Shown: positions 1 to 9,399, counted from the stretch's first letter. The stretch is DNA of 64,000 nucleotides from an uncultured Verrucomicrobiae bacterium (GCA_943788245.1 CALSPN010000046.1:635-64634), one strand, 5' to 3'. The notes: generated from the letters alone by a model not told the origin. Numbers and translations: made by a program.

Positions 1-368
1 ATGTCGTCGATGACCAATACGTGTTTGTCCTTGATATCAGTTTTAATTTTGTGGGTCCAATCGATGAGGCCCGGTTGTGTTGAGGCTCCGTAGCTGGATA
101 GTCCGATGAAGTCGAGTTCACATGCAAATCGCCAGTGACGTACGAGATCAGCCGCAAAGAGAAAGGATCCAGAGAGAATAGGTAAGATCACAATGGCCTT
201 GTCAACGGGGAGTTGTGATTGAATTTGGTCCGCTAATTCCCTGACGCGAGACTGGATCTCCGACGCACTGATAAGCATGCCTTTCAATTCAGGCGATTCC
301 CAACCAGCCGGTGTGGGCTGGATGCGATCCGGTATCGTTCGTGTGCGTGCTTCGCCTTCCGTAGTCAT
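1..368 (-). CDS. hpt: Hypoxanthine phosphoribosyltransferase. The N-terminal ~122 aa are present; the gene runs off the left edge of the window.
   Basis: Hand translation of the minus strand from the ATG at 368-366 gives MTTEGEARTRTIPDRIQ...AIVILPILSGSFLFAADLVRH...ELDFIGLSSYG...IKDKHVLVIDD. This matches the purine PRTase layout, including the PRPP-binding VLVIDD motif. It is absent from the ORF track because it is truncated by the window edge. Confidence 0.8.
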   Translation of the reverse strand, partial: MTTEGEARTRTIPDRIQPTPAGWESPELKGMLISASEIQSRVRELADQIQSQLPVDKAIVILPILSGSFLFAADLVRHWRFACELDFIGLSSYGASTQPGLIDWTHKIKTDIKDKHVLVIDD

Positions 369-392
369 TTGGATGAACAGGATTTGAATGGT

Positions 393-2438
393 TTAAAAAT
401 CCAGCGATGCCTTTAAAGCATCAAACATGGCAGCACCGCTTTCTTTTGTTGCGGGTCGCTGGAAAACGCCATCAACGACTTCAACACATTCCGCAGGCAG
501 TTCGGTCAGGAATCTTGAAGGTTCGCAGGAGGTAATCTGACCGTATTTTTTTCGAGTTTCACAGTGACTAATCGTCAGTGACTCCATGGCGCGTGTGATA
601 GCAACATAAAACAAGCGGCGTTCCTCATCCATTGTTCCTTCTTCAACTGAGCGTGTGTGTGGGAGCAATCCTTGTTCCATGCCTACGATATGCACATGCG
701 GGAATTCAAGGCCCTTGCAGCTGTGCATGGTGATCATCGTCACCGCATCAGGCTGTTCATTTTCGTTTTCAAATCGATCCTGATCCAGACTGATTTCTTC
801 GAGAAAGTGTGCGAGCTTTTCGTCTCCTGATGTGTTCACTTTTTTGTTGGTTAGTTCATCAATGGATGACAACAGGTCCATGGCGCTCTGCAATCGATTA
901 TCGGCTGCTTTTGGATCTTTTTCCGAGTGTTTGAGGTCGATAAAGTAACCTGTTTGCTCAAGGAATTCTCTGGCCCATCCACTGATGCTGTCCGTGGATT
1001 CACCGGAGAGAAATGCACGGGTTTCGTCCATGAATTGCAAGAATGACTGCACACTTTTACGAGCTGCGTTGTGCAATTGTTCCTGAACATCGGTGTGCCT
1101 CATCACGGCATATACTGAAGTCCGGCGATCCTGACTGATTTGCAGAAGAGTCTGCATCGTCTTGGCGCTCAATCCGCGTGCGGGAACATTCGCGATGCGG
1201 AGTAAACTGATATCGTCGTCAGGATTCAGCATGACTCTGAGGTATGCGAGTACATCTTTGACTTCACGGCGATCAAAGTAACTCTGACTTCCCACGAGCC
1301 GGTATACAACCTTGGCCTTCCTCAAGGCCGTCTCGATGGGGCGCGCCTGAAGGTTCGTTCGAAAAAGGATGGATTGGTCCTTCCATGGGGTTTTTGAAGA
1401 CATTCGCTGTACTTCAATTTCCTCTACAATTGCGTCGGCCTCTGCTTCATCTGATTCAAATGCCATCAGACGAATCAGCGGACCTTTGCCTTTCTGTGAC
1501 CAGAGGGTTTTGTCCTTGCGTAATGGATTGTGTCTGATGACCGCATTGGCCGCATCGAGAATGATGCTTGTGGATCGGTAATTCTGCTCGAGTTTAACCA
1601 CGCGCACTTCAGGGAAGTGATCTTCCAGATTGAGCAGGTTTGCAATCTCGGCTCCTCGCCATCCATAGATACTTTGGTCATCATCGCCCACCACGCATAA
1701 GTTACGATGTTCGGAAGTCAGTGCATGGATCAGTTGGAATTGTTTGCCGTTGGTATCCTGATACTCATCCACCATGACATATCGATACATTTCTCTGCAC
1801 GATTTCAAAACCTCCGGATGTTCGTTGAATAACTTCAATGTCAGGATGATGAGGTCATCAAAGTCCACCGCATTGCAGGCTTTGAGTGCTGTCTCGTAGC
1901 GTGTCATCAAGCGCTCAGCCAAACGGATCGTCGCAGCATCCAATCCCAAGGATTCAAGCGATGATGTATTGCGCAAGCGGCTGAGGAAACCAAGCCACTC
2001 GGCGGGTTTTATGTTGATATTACTCTTGCTCCAATCGCTTGTCAGTTTGCGGATGGTTCCAAGTTGATCGGACTGGTCGTAAATGACAAAATTACGCTTG
2101 TAGCCCAGTTTGTCGATGTATCTCCTGAGCACTCTGACGCAGAAGGAGTGGAAGGTGCAGATGGTTGGTTTATTTGGTCTGGCTTCTGAGGATGGATCTG
2201 ATTTTTTTTTACCTTTGGGCAGCAGCTTTCTCACGCGTTCCTGCATTTCCCTTGCAGCCTTGTTGGTGAAGGTGACCGCAAGGATGTTGTGTGGCATCAC
2301 ACCTTTCTGCAGAAGAAAGGCAATTCGGTGTGTGATAACGCGTGTCTTGCCGGTTCCAGCCCCGGCAAGAATCAGCACCGGGCCATGCGTGGCTTGAACC
2401 GCTTCTCTCTGCTCTGGATTGAGTTTTGTCAACCACAT
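393..2438 (-). CDS. uvrD: ATP-dependent DNA helicase, UvrD/PcrA/Rep family (SF1)
   Basis: 681-aa ORF with Walker A AGAGTGKT, TFTNKAAREM, DEYQDTN, VGDDDQSIYGWRGA, QNYRST and the C-terminal helicase motifs TMHSCKGLEF and VAITRA. Confidence 0.9.
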   Translation of the reverse strand: MWLTKLNPEQREAVQATHGPVLILAGAGTGKTRVITHRIAFLLQKGVMPHNILAVTFTNKAAREMQERVRKLLPKGKKKSDPSSEARPNKPTICTFHSFCVRVLRRYIDKLGYKRNFVIYDQSDQLGTIRKLTSDWSKSNINIKPAEWLGFLSRLRNTSSLESLGLDAATIRLAERLMTRYETALKACNAVDFDDLIILTLKLFNEHPEVLKSCREMYRYVMVDEYQDTNGKQFQLIHALTSEHRNLCVVGDDDQSIYGWRGAEIANLLNLEDHFPEVRVVKLEQNYRSTSIILDAANAVIRHNPLRKDKTLWSQKGKGPLIRLMAFESDEAEADAIVEEIEVQRMSSKTPWKDQSILFRTNLQARPIETALRKAKVVYRLVGSQSYFDRREVKDVLAYLRVMLNPDDDISLLRIANVPARGLSAKTMQTLLQISQDRRTSVYAVMRHTDVQEQLHNAARKSVQSFLQFMDETRAFLSGESTDSISGWAREFLEQTGYFIDLKHSEKDPKAADNRLQSAMDLLSSIDELTNKKVNTSGDEKLAHFLEEISLDQDRFENENEQPDAVTMITMHSCKGLEFPHVHIVGMEQGLLPHTRSVEEGTMDEERRLFYVAITRAMESLTISHCETRKKYGQITSCEPSRFLTELPAECVEVVDGVFQRPATKESGAAMFDALKASLDF

Positions 2439-2486
2439 GGGGAGGGAAGGTTTTGAGTCATTCCAGGCATGCCCGATCTGTTTCTC

Positions 2487-5400
2487 TTACTGCGAAAATA
2501 CTGACATGGGTTGCACACCAATGGTCCCGTCCAGAAAATTCAAATAATCTGCTTTGGATGCTTTTTCGCGTTCCAAGCGCGCTGCGTCCAGTTTTTTGCT
2601 TACATTCAATCGACGCGCTTCTTCTTGATAACCCTTCTTATCAAGAAAAGCTTGCAGGTAGTCGATATGATTATCCCATAGTTGGACATCCAGATTTTGT
2701 TTGGAAACGAGGCGCTCCTGATACCAGTCACTTTCTTTCAGGTAGTCCCGGGTAAACAATTTTCTTACTTCAGGATCATTCAAGGATTTTCCTTCATAAT
2801 GCCCTTCTACCATGATGGTGATGACTGCTTTCAGGGGAGGGCAAGCGGCTTCCACACTTTTATCAGCAAAATACAATTCTCCCACACGTTTTTGAGTGGC
2901 CATGATGTTGTCCAGACCATCAATGAACGTTTCTCTTCCCTGCAGCTCAGGCGAGAGCATTTCGTTTGTGAAGACCGCGTGCGGATGGTTGAAGACTCGA
3001 CCAAAGAAATCCCGGACAAACTTATGGTTAATTCGATAACCCAATCGACTGAAAGCAAAGGTTTTGCCTTCGTGCTCTACGTCTTCGCATTTTTCAAGAT
3101 AACCGTTTGCGATCAAATAGGATGCATGACGCTCCTCGTCTTTCATGCGACACCACACTTCGGGAATGAGCATACTGATGTCATGGGCAACCTGAACATC
3201 CGGTCCAATGAAACCCGCCGCGGTGACGAATCCATCGTGACCTGTCAGTATCATGGACACCAGCGCATTATTCAGATCGATGATAGGAGGCAGTGCATTG
3301 AAAGGTCCCTTGGTAAGTGCTCCCTCGGATCCGGCTCCGGTGGTGGAAGGTGATTTACCGGTCATGCTACAGATATACTCCATGAACAATTCCGGAAGTT
3401 CCATGAAGTGAATCGGGTTATAAACAGCCAGCGGTTGAATACCGGCTTTGACATCTGCGGGGTTATTGCGTCTACCGGGAACCACAGCGTCCACCACGCT
3501 GTAAAGCGGATGTGTTGTCTGCAGTTTGCGGTGCAGACGCATTGAAATTTGTTCCAGATAGAGTGCACGCTCATTCAGCAAATCTGGACGTGTTTGCAGG
3601 TAACGAGGGTTCTTGGTTGGCTTTCCGTCAACAATTCGAGGATGCGCACTGCTTACAAAAAACTTCGGCTTATCTCCGCTTGCAGCAGACTTCACCAAGT
3701 CCTGCATGGGTTGGGTGTATTCATAATACCCGATGGCATCCTCAATGATTTCTTTTGCGTCGTCCTGTTCCAGCGGTTCAAAGTTGGAAATGAAATTACC
3801 GGTCTGGGCCAGCTCAGATTCTGCGAGCTTATCATAACCACGAATGATGGCGTCATCCGGTCGTTGAAAAAAGCGGTATTCACAGTTCTGCAGGAATTTA
3901 ACAGAACGCTGAGAATGATCAGGCATGACGCCTTCAAGATCCCCGGATGCCACCACCACGCTGGCAGTGATGTCATCCTCCAGCGACTGCTTGATGGCTG
4001 GATTGAAATCCTTGCGTAGTCCAAAGGTGCGCCATAGTCCGTCATCCTGAAAACCAACCCGCATGTAATTCGTCACCAACTTTCGATTGTCGCACTTGAG
4101 TTCATTGCCCGGTTTTCCATTGATCATGTCCACCGTGAAATGCTCTTTCCATTGTTTGCCCCATTCTGGAATGTAGTATCTTTTGAGCACAAACACCAAT
4201 TCCTTGATGTATTGAGGCACAGACCTCAACCATGCGTTGTAATCCTCGTTGTAATCCTTGTTTGATGGAGTCAACAATTTGATGACAGAACCGAGTGAGC
4301 GTTCAGGGCTCAGGATGGCTCTATCGTCCTTGCGCTGCCTATCGCTGAATCTAGATGAAAAATCGTGCTGTAATATTTGCTCCACTTTTTCCATGTCTGA
4401 TTTGATATCGGCGACAATGACAGGCCCTTGAATCACAGCATCTGTGACCGGTTTTGAAATTTCAGATTTCCCGCCTCCCGATACGGTGCAGGGTTTGTGA
4501 CAAAGGATACCTTCTGCGGTAGTTCCAATCAGTCTCCACGAGCGATTCCCCGGGGGTTTTTCCAGATGGACTTTATATCCAGACGGGCGTACGTATGTTT
4601 TACCTACGAGAAGTTTTAATTTCTGCTTCTTTCCTTCGTGAAGCCAGGTAATGGACTGATTATGCAGATTAAAGTCAACGTCCTCGGACACATATATGAT
4701 GTCGCGGAATTTTCGGTCAATCGCATAGCCCTCGGGTTTGAACTCCATCACATCTTCAAAACGTTCGGCCATATCCTCAAACTTGTGGCCCCTGCGTTTG
4801 ACGTGTAAGTGTCCACTGAACTCTTCTCCCAGATCATAACTTGGATACACCATGGCACCCCCTGCGTGCTCTTCCTCGGCCAGTCCGTAAAGATTGGCAG
4901 AAAAACTGATCTGTGTTTTGACTTCTTTTTTGCAATAGCCGAAGTAGTTATCAGCGATGATAGTCACCATCACACCATTTTCGTCTCTTGCGCATAATTT
5001 GAACGCCGTGCCTCCGTTGTAGATCTCGTTTTCATCCTTCCAGCACATTCCTTCAATGCGCTGACGTTCGTTCGCTTCGTCATAATGAGGCAGTCCGGCA
5101 TCCTTTTTCTTGATGCTTGTCAGGTGGGGGGCAAGGATGACACAGCCTGTGTGACCGGTCCAATGGTGAACGTCCAGCCCAGCATCATTCTCTGGCAGGT
5201 TGGGGTCTCCCGCATTGCCGAAAATAGTTTCTACAAAATCCAGATTACTGATCAAATTGCCGGGTGCAAAAAATCGGATTTCACTTCGTTTTTCCTCGAT
5301 CACACCAGGCACTCCTGGCACAACAAGCGGCCGTAGCAAAAGCGAAACAAAACACTCCGCCTTTGCCTCCTGTTCGCTGGTGAAGGGTAATTCCATCAGT

Positions 5401-5945
5401 GAAGAGGGTGGCTGCAGGGCAAATCCAAGCATGCGATTGAAAGTCTTCAGAGGCGCAGCAATCTTGTCTGCCGGTACCGGAAAACCTCCATCAGCAATGT
5501 GAAACACGCCTTTGGTTGTGCGGCGGTCGTTGACCGGGTTATGCAGCACTCCTTGGCGTATCCGATAAGAATGGATAATATCCGACTTAAACTCATCACC
5601 CTCCAGGGGGAGTGACAGCGTTCTGGCGACACCGTGCCGATCCAATACGAAGGATTTGGAAGGCAATCGTGGCACATCCCCGGTATCACCCAGAAATTTG
5701 TTCAACCACTGCTGGACGCGCCAGTCTGCAGGGCAAAGATAAGTGGAAAGCAATCTTTCTTGTTCGCGGTGCTTGGCAATCAATGATTCAGTGACGTCCT
5801 TGAAAGGTGAATCGGTTTTGATATTCACCGCGGGGCATCCCATGGAAGCCAGTTTAAGATTGATGTATTCAACTAAATGCTCATCCGGATAAACTTGTGA
5901 CGATGTATTTAATCCGATTGATTTTGATAAATTTATGGGACTCAT
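2487..5945 (-). CDS. Large conserved cytosolic protein, probably PPi-dependent phosphoenolpyruvate carboxykinase (PEP carboxytransphosphorylase type)
   Basis: 1152-aa ORF with no signal peptide. Its size matches the ~130-kDa PPi-PEPCK family (Propionibacterium/Entamoeba type). It contains a P-loop-like CTVSGGGKSEISK and an RRTTKGVFHIADGG segment. The assignment is from memory of the family, not from a search. Confidence 0.5.
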   Translation of the reverse strand: MSPINLSKSIGLNTSSQVYPDEHLVEYINLKLASMGCPAVNIKTDSPFKDVTESLIAKHREQERLLSTYLCPADWRVQQWLNKFLGDTGDVPRLPSKSFVLDRHGVARTLSLPLEGDEFKSDIIHSYRIRQGVLHNPVNDRRTTKGVFHIADGGFPVPADKIAAPLKTFNRMLGFALQPPSSLMELPFTSEQEAKAECFVSLLLRPLVVPGVPGVIEEKRSEIRFFAPGNLISNLDFVETIFGNAGDPNLPENDAGLDVHHWTGHTGCVILAPHLTSIKKKDAGLPHYDEANERQRIEGMCWKDENEIYNGGTAFKLCARDENGVMVTIIADNYFGYCKKEVKTQISFSANLYGLAEEEHAGGAMVYPSYDLGEEFSGHLHVKRRGHKFEDMAERFEDVMEFKPEGYAIDRKFRDIIYVSEDVDFNLHNQSITWLHEGKKQKLKLLVGKTYVRPSGYKVHLEKPPGNRSWRLIGTTAEGILCHKPCTVSGGGKSEISKPVTDAVIQGPVIVADIKSDMEKVEQILQHDFSSRFSDRQRKDDRAILSPERSLGSVIKLLTPSNKDYNEDYNAWLRSVPQYIKELVFVLKRYYIPEWGKQWKEHFTVDMINGKPGNELKCDNRKLVTNYMRVGFQDDGLWRTFGLRKDFNPAIKQSLEDDITASVVVASGDLEGVMPDHSQRSVKFLQNCEYRFFQRPDDAIIRGYDKLAESELAQTGNFISNFEPLEQDDAKEIIEDAIGYYEYTQPMQDLVKSAASGDKPKFFVSSAHPRIVDGKPTKNPRYLQTRPDLLNERALYLEQISMRLHRKLQTTHPLYSVVDAVVPGRRNNPADVKAGIQPLAVYNPIHFMELPELFMEYICSMTGKSPSTTGAGSEGALTKGPFNALPPIIDLNNALVSMILTGHDGFVTAAGFIGPDVQVAHDISMLIPEVWCRMKDEERHASYLIANGYLEKCEDVEHEGKTFAFSRLGYRINHKFVRDFFGRVFNHPHAVFTNEMLSPELQGRETFIDGLDNIMATQKRVGELYFADKSVEAACPPLKAVITIMVEGHYEGKSLNDPEVRKLFTRDYLKESDWYQERLVSKQNLDVQLWDNHIDYLQAFLDKKGYQEEARRLNVSKKLDAARLEREKASKADYLNFLDGTIGVQPMSVFSQ

Positions 5946-5958
5946 TAAGTTGTGCGTT

Positions 5959-5975
5959 TGTTGGATCTATAAATG
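5959..5975. promoter_or_regulatory. Copy 1 of the exact 17-nt intergenic motif TGTTGGATCTATAAATG (contains a TATAAA(T) -10-like core)
   Basis: The identical 17-mer recurs at 13995-14011. Both copies are intergenic and in the same orientation. This copy sits 14 nt from the ATG of the minus-strand 2487-5945 gene and is followed by an imperfect inverted repeat (5977-5987 / 6020-6029). Confidence 0.3.
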
Positions 5976-6117
5976 TGCCTGAAATCAAGCGATCAGAAAT
6001 CAACATTAAATCAAACTTGTGATTCAGGCAAGCTCACCCGTATTGAACTTTTGAAGGCCTCTAAAATATGATATTTTTCAGTGGTTCATCTCTTCCTTCC
6101 ACTGATAAGCTGCACCC

Positions 6118-6855
6118 GTGCAATTGGAAACAAAGTGGCGGCCAGATTCCTTAATGAGATTTTTTGCCATGCTACTCCTCTGTTTGGGGATGGCTGGTAT
6201 TGCCGGGTATTGGTTGAACAAGGCCATTGATGCCGGATTCCCAATGGATGAGAAAACAGGGCTCATTATGATCAATATCCTGTTTCTTGATGTCGGGATC
6301 CTGTTTGTCACGTGGATGTTTCTAAAGGAGAATGCCTTAAGCTGGAAAGATGCTTTTGGGTTATGCTCCGAAAACCTGATGAGCATAGCTTTGATGGGAG
6401 CCTTGACTGCTGTTGCAGGTTTCTTCATGGCTGCGATGGTTGGCGCACTCGTGGCCAATGTGCTGGAAGCGATGAACATAGAAGTGTCTACACAGGAGGT
6501 TGTGAATACCTTTCAAAATGCTGAACACCCCGCCCAAAAACTGCTTTTAGCTCTCATGGCAGTTATTTTTGCTCCCTTCGTGGAGGAGTTGATGTTTCGA
6601 GGTGTGTTGTTCACTGCATTGAAGCAATACCTGCCAAGGTGGATCGCGATCTGGGGAAGCGCCCTTTTTTTTGGGTTGGTCCATGTGAATGTAATGAGCT
6701 TTATTCCATTGACACTGTTGGCTGTTCTACTAACTCGACTTTATGAACGTACGAGTAACCTTTGGGCGCCCATTTTTGCCCATGCGATATTTAATTCCAT
6801 CAACTTGGGCCTCATGCTATGGCTTCCAGAGTTGATAGAAACGCAGACACCATGA
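6118..6855 (+). CDS. CPBP family intramembrane glutamic endopeptidase (CAAX protease-like)
   Basis: Multi-pass membrane ORF with the CPBP motifs FAPFVEELMFRG, FFGLVH and HAIFNS. The start may instead be the ATG at 6154. Confidence 0.85.
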   Translation: MQLETKWRPDSLMRFFAMLLLCLGMAGIAGYWLNKAIDAGFPMDEKTGLIMINILFLDVGILFVTWMFLKENALSWKDAFGLCSENLMSIALMGALTAVAGFFMAAMVGALVANVLEAMNIEVSTQEVVNTFQNAEHPAQKLLLALMAVIFAPFVEELMFRGVLFTALKQYLPRWIAIWGSALFFGLVHVNVMSFIPLTLLAVLLTRLYERTSNLWAPIFAHAIFNSINLGLMLWLPELIETQTP

Positions 6856-7784
6856 ATAGCGAAGTTAATCTGATAGAAACCATTACCGCCAAATTGCCGA
6901 CAAGATCTGATACCCTTGTCGGTGTGGGCGATGATTGTGCAGTGATCGACAATGGCCCAGACCACTCGATCTTGTTAAAGACTGATGCGATCGTCGAAGC
7001 GGTTCATTTTAAAAAGAATGATCCGGCAGATAAGGTAGGTCACAAAGCATTGGCGCGCGCCCTCAGTGACATTGCTGCCATGGCTGGTGAGCCGAACAGT
7101 GCGCTTATTACGCTGGGATTGCCCAGAGATTTTGATCAGCAGTGGGTCGAGACATTATATGAAGGTCTGAATGCCACCGCTCGTGCATATGATGTTGCTA
7201 TCGTGGGAGGCGAAACCGTGAGTTCACCGGAACGTATTTTCTGCTCCGTGGCCTTGACTGGAAAAGTGGGTAGAGACCAAGCGGTGCTGCGTAAGAATGC
7301 GCGCGTCCGTGATGCGCTCTTTGTCACCGGCGAATTGGGTGGTTCGATTGAGGGTAAGCATTTGGATTTCACTCCGCGGATCAAAGAAGCGCAATGGCTG
7401 GCTGAGCATTTTGTCCTGCACTCCATGATTGATCTCAGTGATGGGCTTGCTGGGGATTTGCATCATATCTGCAAGGCAAGTGGAGTGGGAGCTGAGGTAT
7501 GGGCTGATTATCTTCCAGTGAGTCGAGTCGCCAGATTGCTAGCCAAGCAAGGTGATGCTGCCAAACCTGCAGTGGCTGCAGCGCTGACTGATGGAGAGGA
7601 TTTTGAATTACTTTTTTCGATTGATCCGGTTGATGCCGTAAAGCTCAAGGATCAGTGGCGTGAAGCTTTTCCAGAGACGCCCATCAGTTGTATTGGTAAA
7701 ATAGTGGAGCAACCCGGCATTCACTTGAAAGACGAGCAGGGAATTCGTCCTCTAACCTGGCATGGTTACGATCATTTCCAATAG
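6852..7784 (+). CDS. thiL: Thiamine-monophosphate kinase
   Basis: GDDCAVID, LLKTDAIVEAVHF, GHKALARALSDIAAMAGEP, GGETV and DLSDGL motifs (AIR synthase-related fold). The ATG at 6852 overlaps the upstream stop as ATGA. Confidence 0.9.
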   Translation: MNSEVNLIETITAKLPTRSDTLVGVGDDCAVIDNGPDHSILLKTDAIVEAVHFKKNDPADKVGHKALARALSDIAAMAGEPNSALITLGLPRDFDQQWVETLYEGLNATARAYDVAIVGGETVSSPERIFCSVALTGKVGRDQAVLRKNARVRDALFVTGELGGSIEGKHLDFTPRIKEAQWLAEHFVLHSMIDLSDGLAGDLHHICKASGVGAEVWADYLPVSRVARLLAKQGDAAKPAVAAALTDGEDFELLFSIDPVDAVKLKDQWREAFPETPISCIGKIVEQPGIHLKDEQGIRPLTWHGYDHFQ

Positions 7785-8223
7785 TCCAGAAGAAACCTTT
7801 CAACTAGGTTTAACTTGGGCGAAAGAAATGGAACCCGGTTGGGTTGTCGGTCTGACAGGTGACCTCGGGGCGGGTAAAACACAGCTGGTGAAAGGCCTGG
7901 CAGCTGGTTGGCAGATCAAAGGGCGCGTCGCATCCCCGACTTTTAACCTGATGCATGAACACGCAACGGCGTCGCAACCATTGATTCACATGGATCTTTA
8001 TCGTCTGGAATCACCCGATGCCATCTGGGATGCAGGTCTTGCCGAATACTTGCAATCGCCTTCGTCAGGCTGGGTGATTGTCGAATGGATTGATCGATGG
8101 ACGCAAATTTCCTTGAAAGACCGAACCGAAGTTCCCGATGTCCATAAACCATTTCGATGGATACAAATCGAGGGGGATCTAGAACAGCAGCGCACGATTG
8201 TTTATGAAGATTTTAGGGATTGA
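7762..8223 (+). CDS. tsaE: tRNA t6A37 biosynthesis ATPase TsaE
   Basis: 153 aa with the P-loop GDLGAGKTQLVKG followed by SPTFNLMHEH and DLYRL. Overlaps the end of thiL. Confidence 0.9.
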   Translation: MVTIISNSPEETFQLGLTWAKEMEPGWVVGLTGDLGAGKTQLVKGLAAGWQIKGRVASPTFNLMHEHATASQPLIHMDLYRLESPDAIWDAGLAEYLQSPSSGWVIVEWIDRWTQISLKDRTEVPDVHKPFRWIQIEGDLEQQRTIVYEDFRD

Positions 8224-8929
8224 ATGGTCCTCTCACAAAAGAACGCTGGCCTTGGGGGATTGGGCCGAGGGAAAGGGTGTTCGCATACTCGCGACCGCAG
8301 TACTTTCCGGGGGAAGGGATTCCAAATATTTTGAAGCATTTCAGCGCGCTGCCGATCAGGCAGGAGTTCAGAAAGGTGATATCGAAGCGGTGGTCGTTGG
8401 TTTGGGACCCGGATCATATGCTGGTATTCGATCGGCGATTTCGGTGGCTTACGGGTGGCACCTTGCCAACGAAGCGAAACTCATCGGGATTCCCAGTGAT
8501 CGTGTTCTTGCCCGGAAAACCTTCAGTGATCATTCGATTTCACGTGTGCACACGCTCATCGATGCTCAACGAGGTGAATGTTATCATGCCGTGTATGAAA
8601 AGGGAAAAGAGGGCTCGATACACACTGTTCAAGCATTGTCCATTGCAAACCCGGAACAATTGATCCGCGAGGAATCCGAAGATGATGTTTATGTGGGGGC
8701 GGATATTCAGCGCTGGTTCCACGGAAAGCCTCCCGGCGATATTTCCTTGCTGGAAGGAAGCCCGGATGCGGCATCTTTACTTCAAGAATCAGAAAATGTG
8801 CTGCGCGAGCCGGGATCCCCAGATTTAAAGCCCATTTACCTCCGTCCAACGACTTTTGTCAAAGCGCCCCCTGCGCGTATTTCCCTGCCCGATGATATTC
8901 ATTTCCATGGTGCGAGTTCAGAGCAATGA
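8204..8929 (+). CDS. tsaB: tRNA t6A37 biosynthesis protein TsaB (YeaZ family)
   Basis: MKILGIEWSS N-terminus and GLGPGSYAGIRSAISVAYGW motif. Overlaps the end of tsaE. The ORF-track start at 8198 is TTG; the ATG at 8204 is preferred. Confidence 0.85.
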   Translation: MKILGIEWSSHKRTLALGDWAEGKGVRILATAVLSGGRDSKYFEAFQRAADQAGVQKGDIEAVVVGLGPGSYAGIRSAISVAYGWHLANEAKLIGIPSDRVLARKTFSDHSISRVHTLIDAQRGECYHAVYEKGKEGSIHTVQALSIANPEQLIREESEDDVYVGADIQRWFHGKPPGDISLLEGSPDAASLLQESENVLREPGSPDLKPIYLRPTTFVKAPPARISLPDDIHFHGASSEQ

Positions 8930-9238
8930 CTCACAATCAACGATGCTGGGTTGAAGTGGATCTGGATTGTTTGCAAAACAAGCAGCCATGGATACGTCAT
9001 TGCATGGGGCGTTCGATTGACTGTTTCTTCTACTCGTGAAATTTTGCGCATCCAAGAAGCTGCGGGAAAACGCAATGGACTTGCTTTCCTTCATTTGAAA
9101 ATCGACACAGGGATGGGGCGCCTTGGATTTTCGGCCAATCTTATCGAAGAGATTCTTACGGTTTTAAGGCAATCACCGATGAGCCAAATCAAAAAATGCA
9201 AATTGCCACCCTTGCATCAGACTCATGCCATACCATGA
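8926..9238 (+). pseudogene. alr: Alanine racemase relic (frameshifted, internally deleted, 3'-truncated)
   Basis: The ATG at 8926 overlaps the tsaB stop (ATGA) and encodes MTHNQRCWVEVDLDCLQN, a typical Alr N-terminus, then stops after 35 codons. The next frame carries SSHGYVIAWGVRLTVSSTREILRIQEAAG...FLHLKIDTGMGRLGF, the Alr hallmark. About 65 residues between these landmarks (including most of the PLP-lysine segment) and the whole C-terminal half are missing. Confidence 0.6.
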
Positions 9239-9399
9239 TAGATCCTTGCCTCCATTACCTGCCGAGTTCCGAGAATCTATCGCGCTGTGTGTGCTTCCTG
9301 ATTTTTTGCGCATTCCCTCAGATTATTGGTGACTGAATACCTTGCCTGTCCATAATGCTTTTCATGTTTACGAAACTCAGATTTCTTTCCTTCAGTAAA

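Noticed and set aside
2682-3353. 223-aa + strand ORF, plus several ORFs of 60-156 aa inside 2487-5945
   Set aside because: They are antisense or out of frame relative to a continuous 1152-aa ORF, and they have low-complexity or odd composition. They are shadow ORFs.
6078-6479. 133-aa hydrophobic minus-strand ORF opposite the CPBP gene
   Set aside because: The antisense strand of a membrane-protein gene is itself hydrophobic. Only the + strand carries CPBP motifs.
8951-9238. 95-aa ORF as a genuine small gene
   Set aside because: Its content is a patchwork of alanine racemase motifs with large gaps, and the true Alr N-terminus lies in another frame just upstream. It is interpreted as a relic, not a functional gene.
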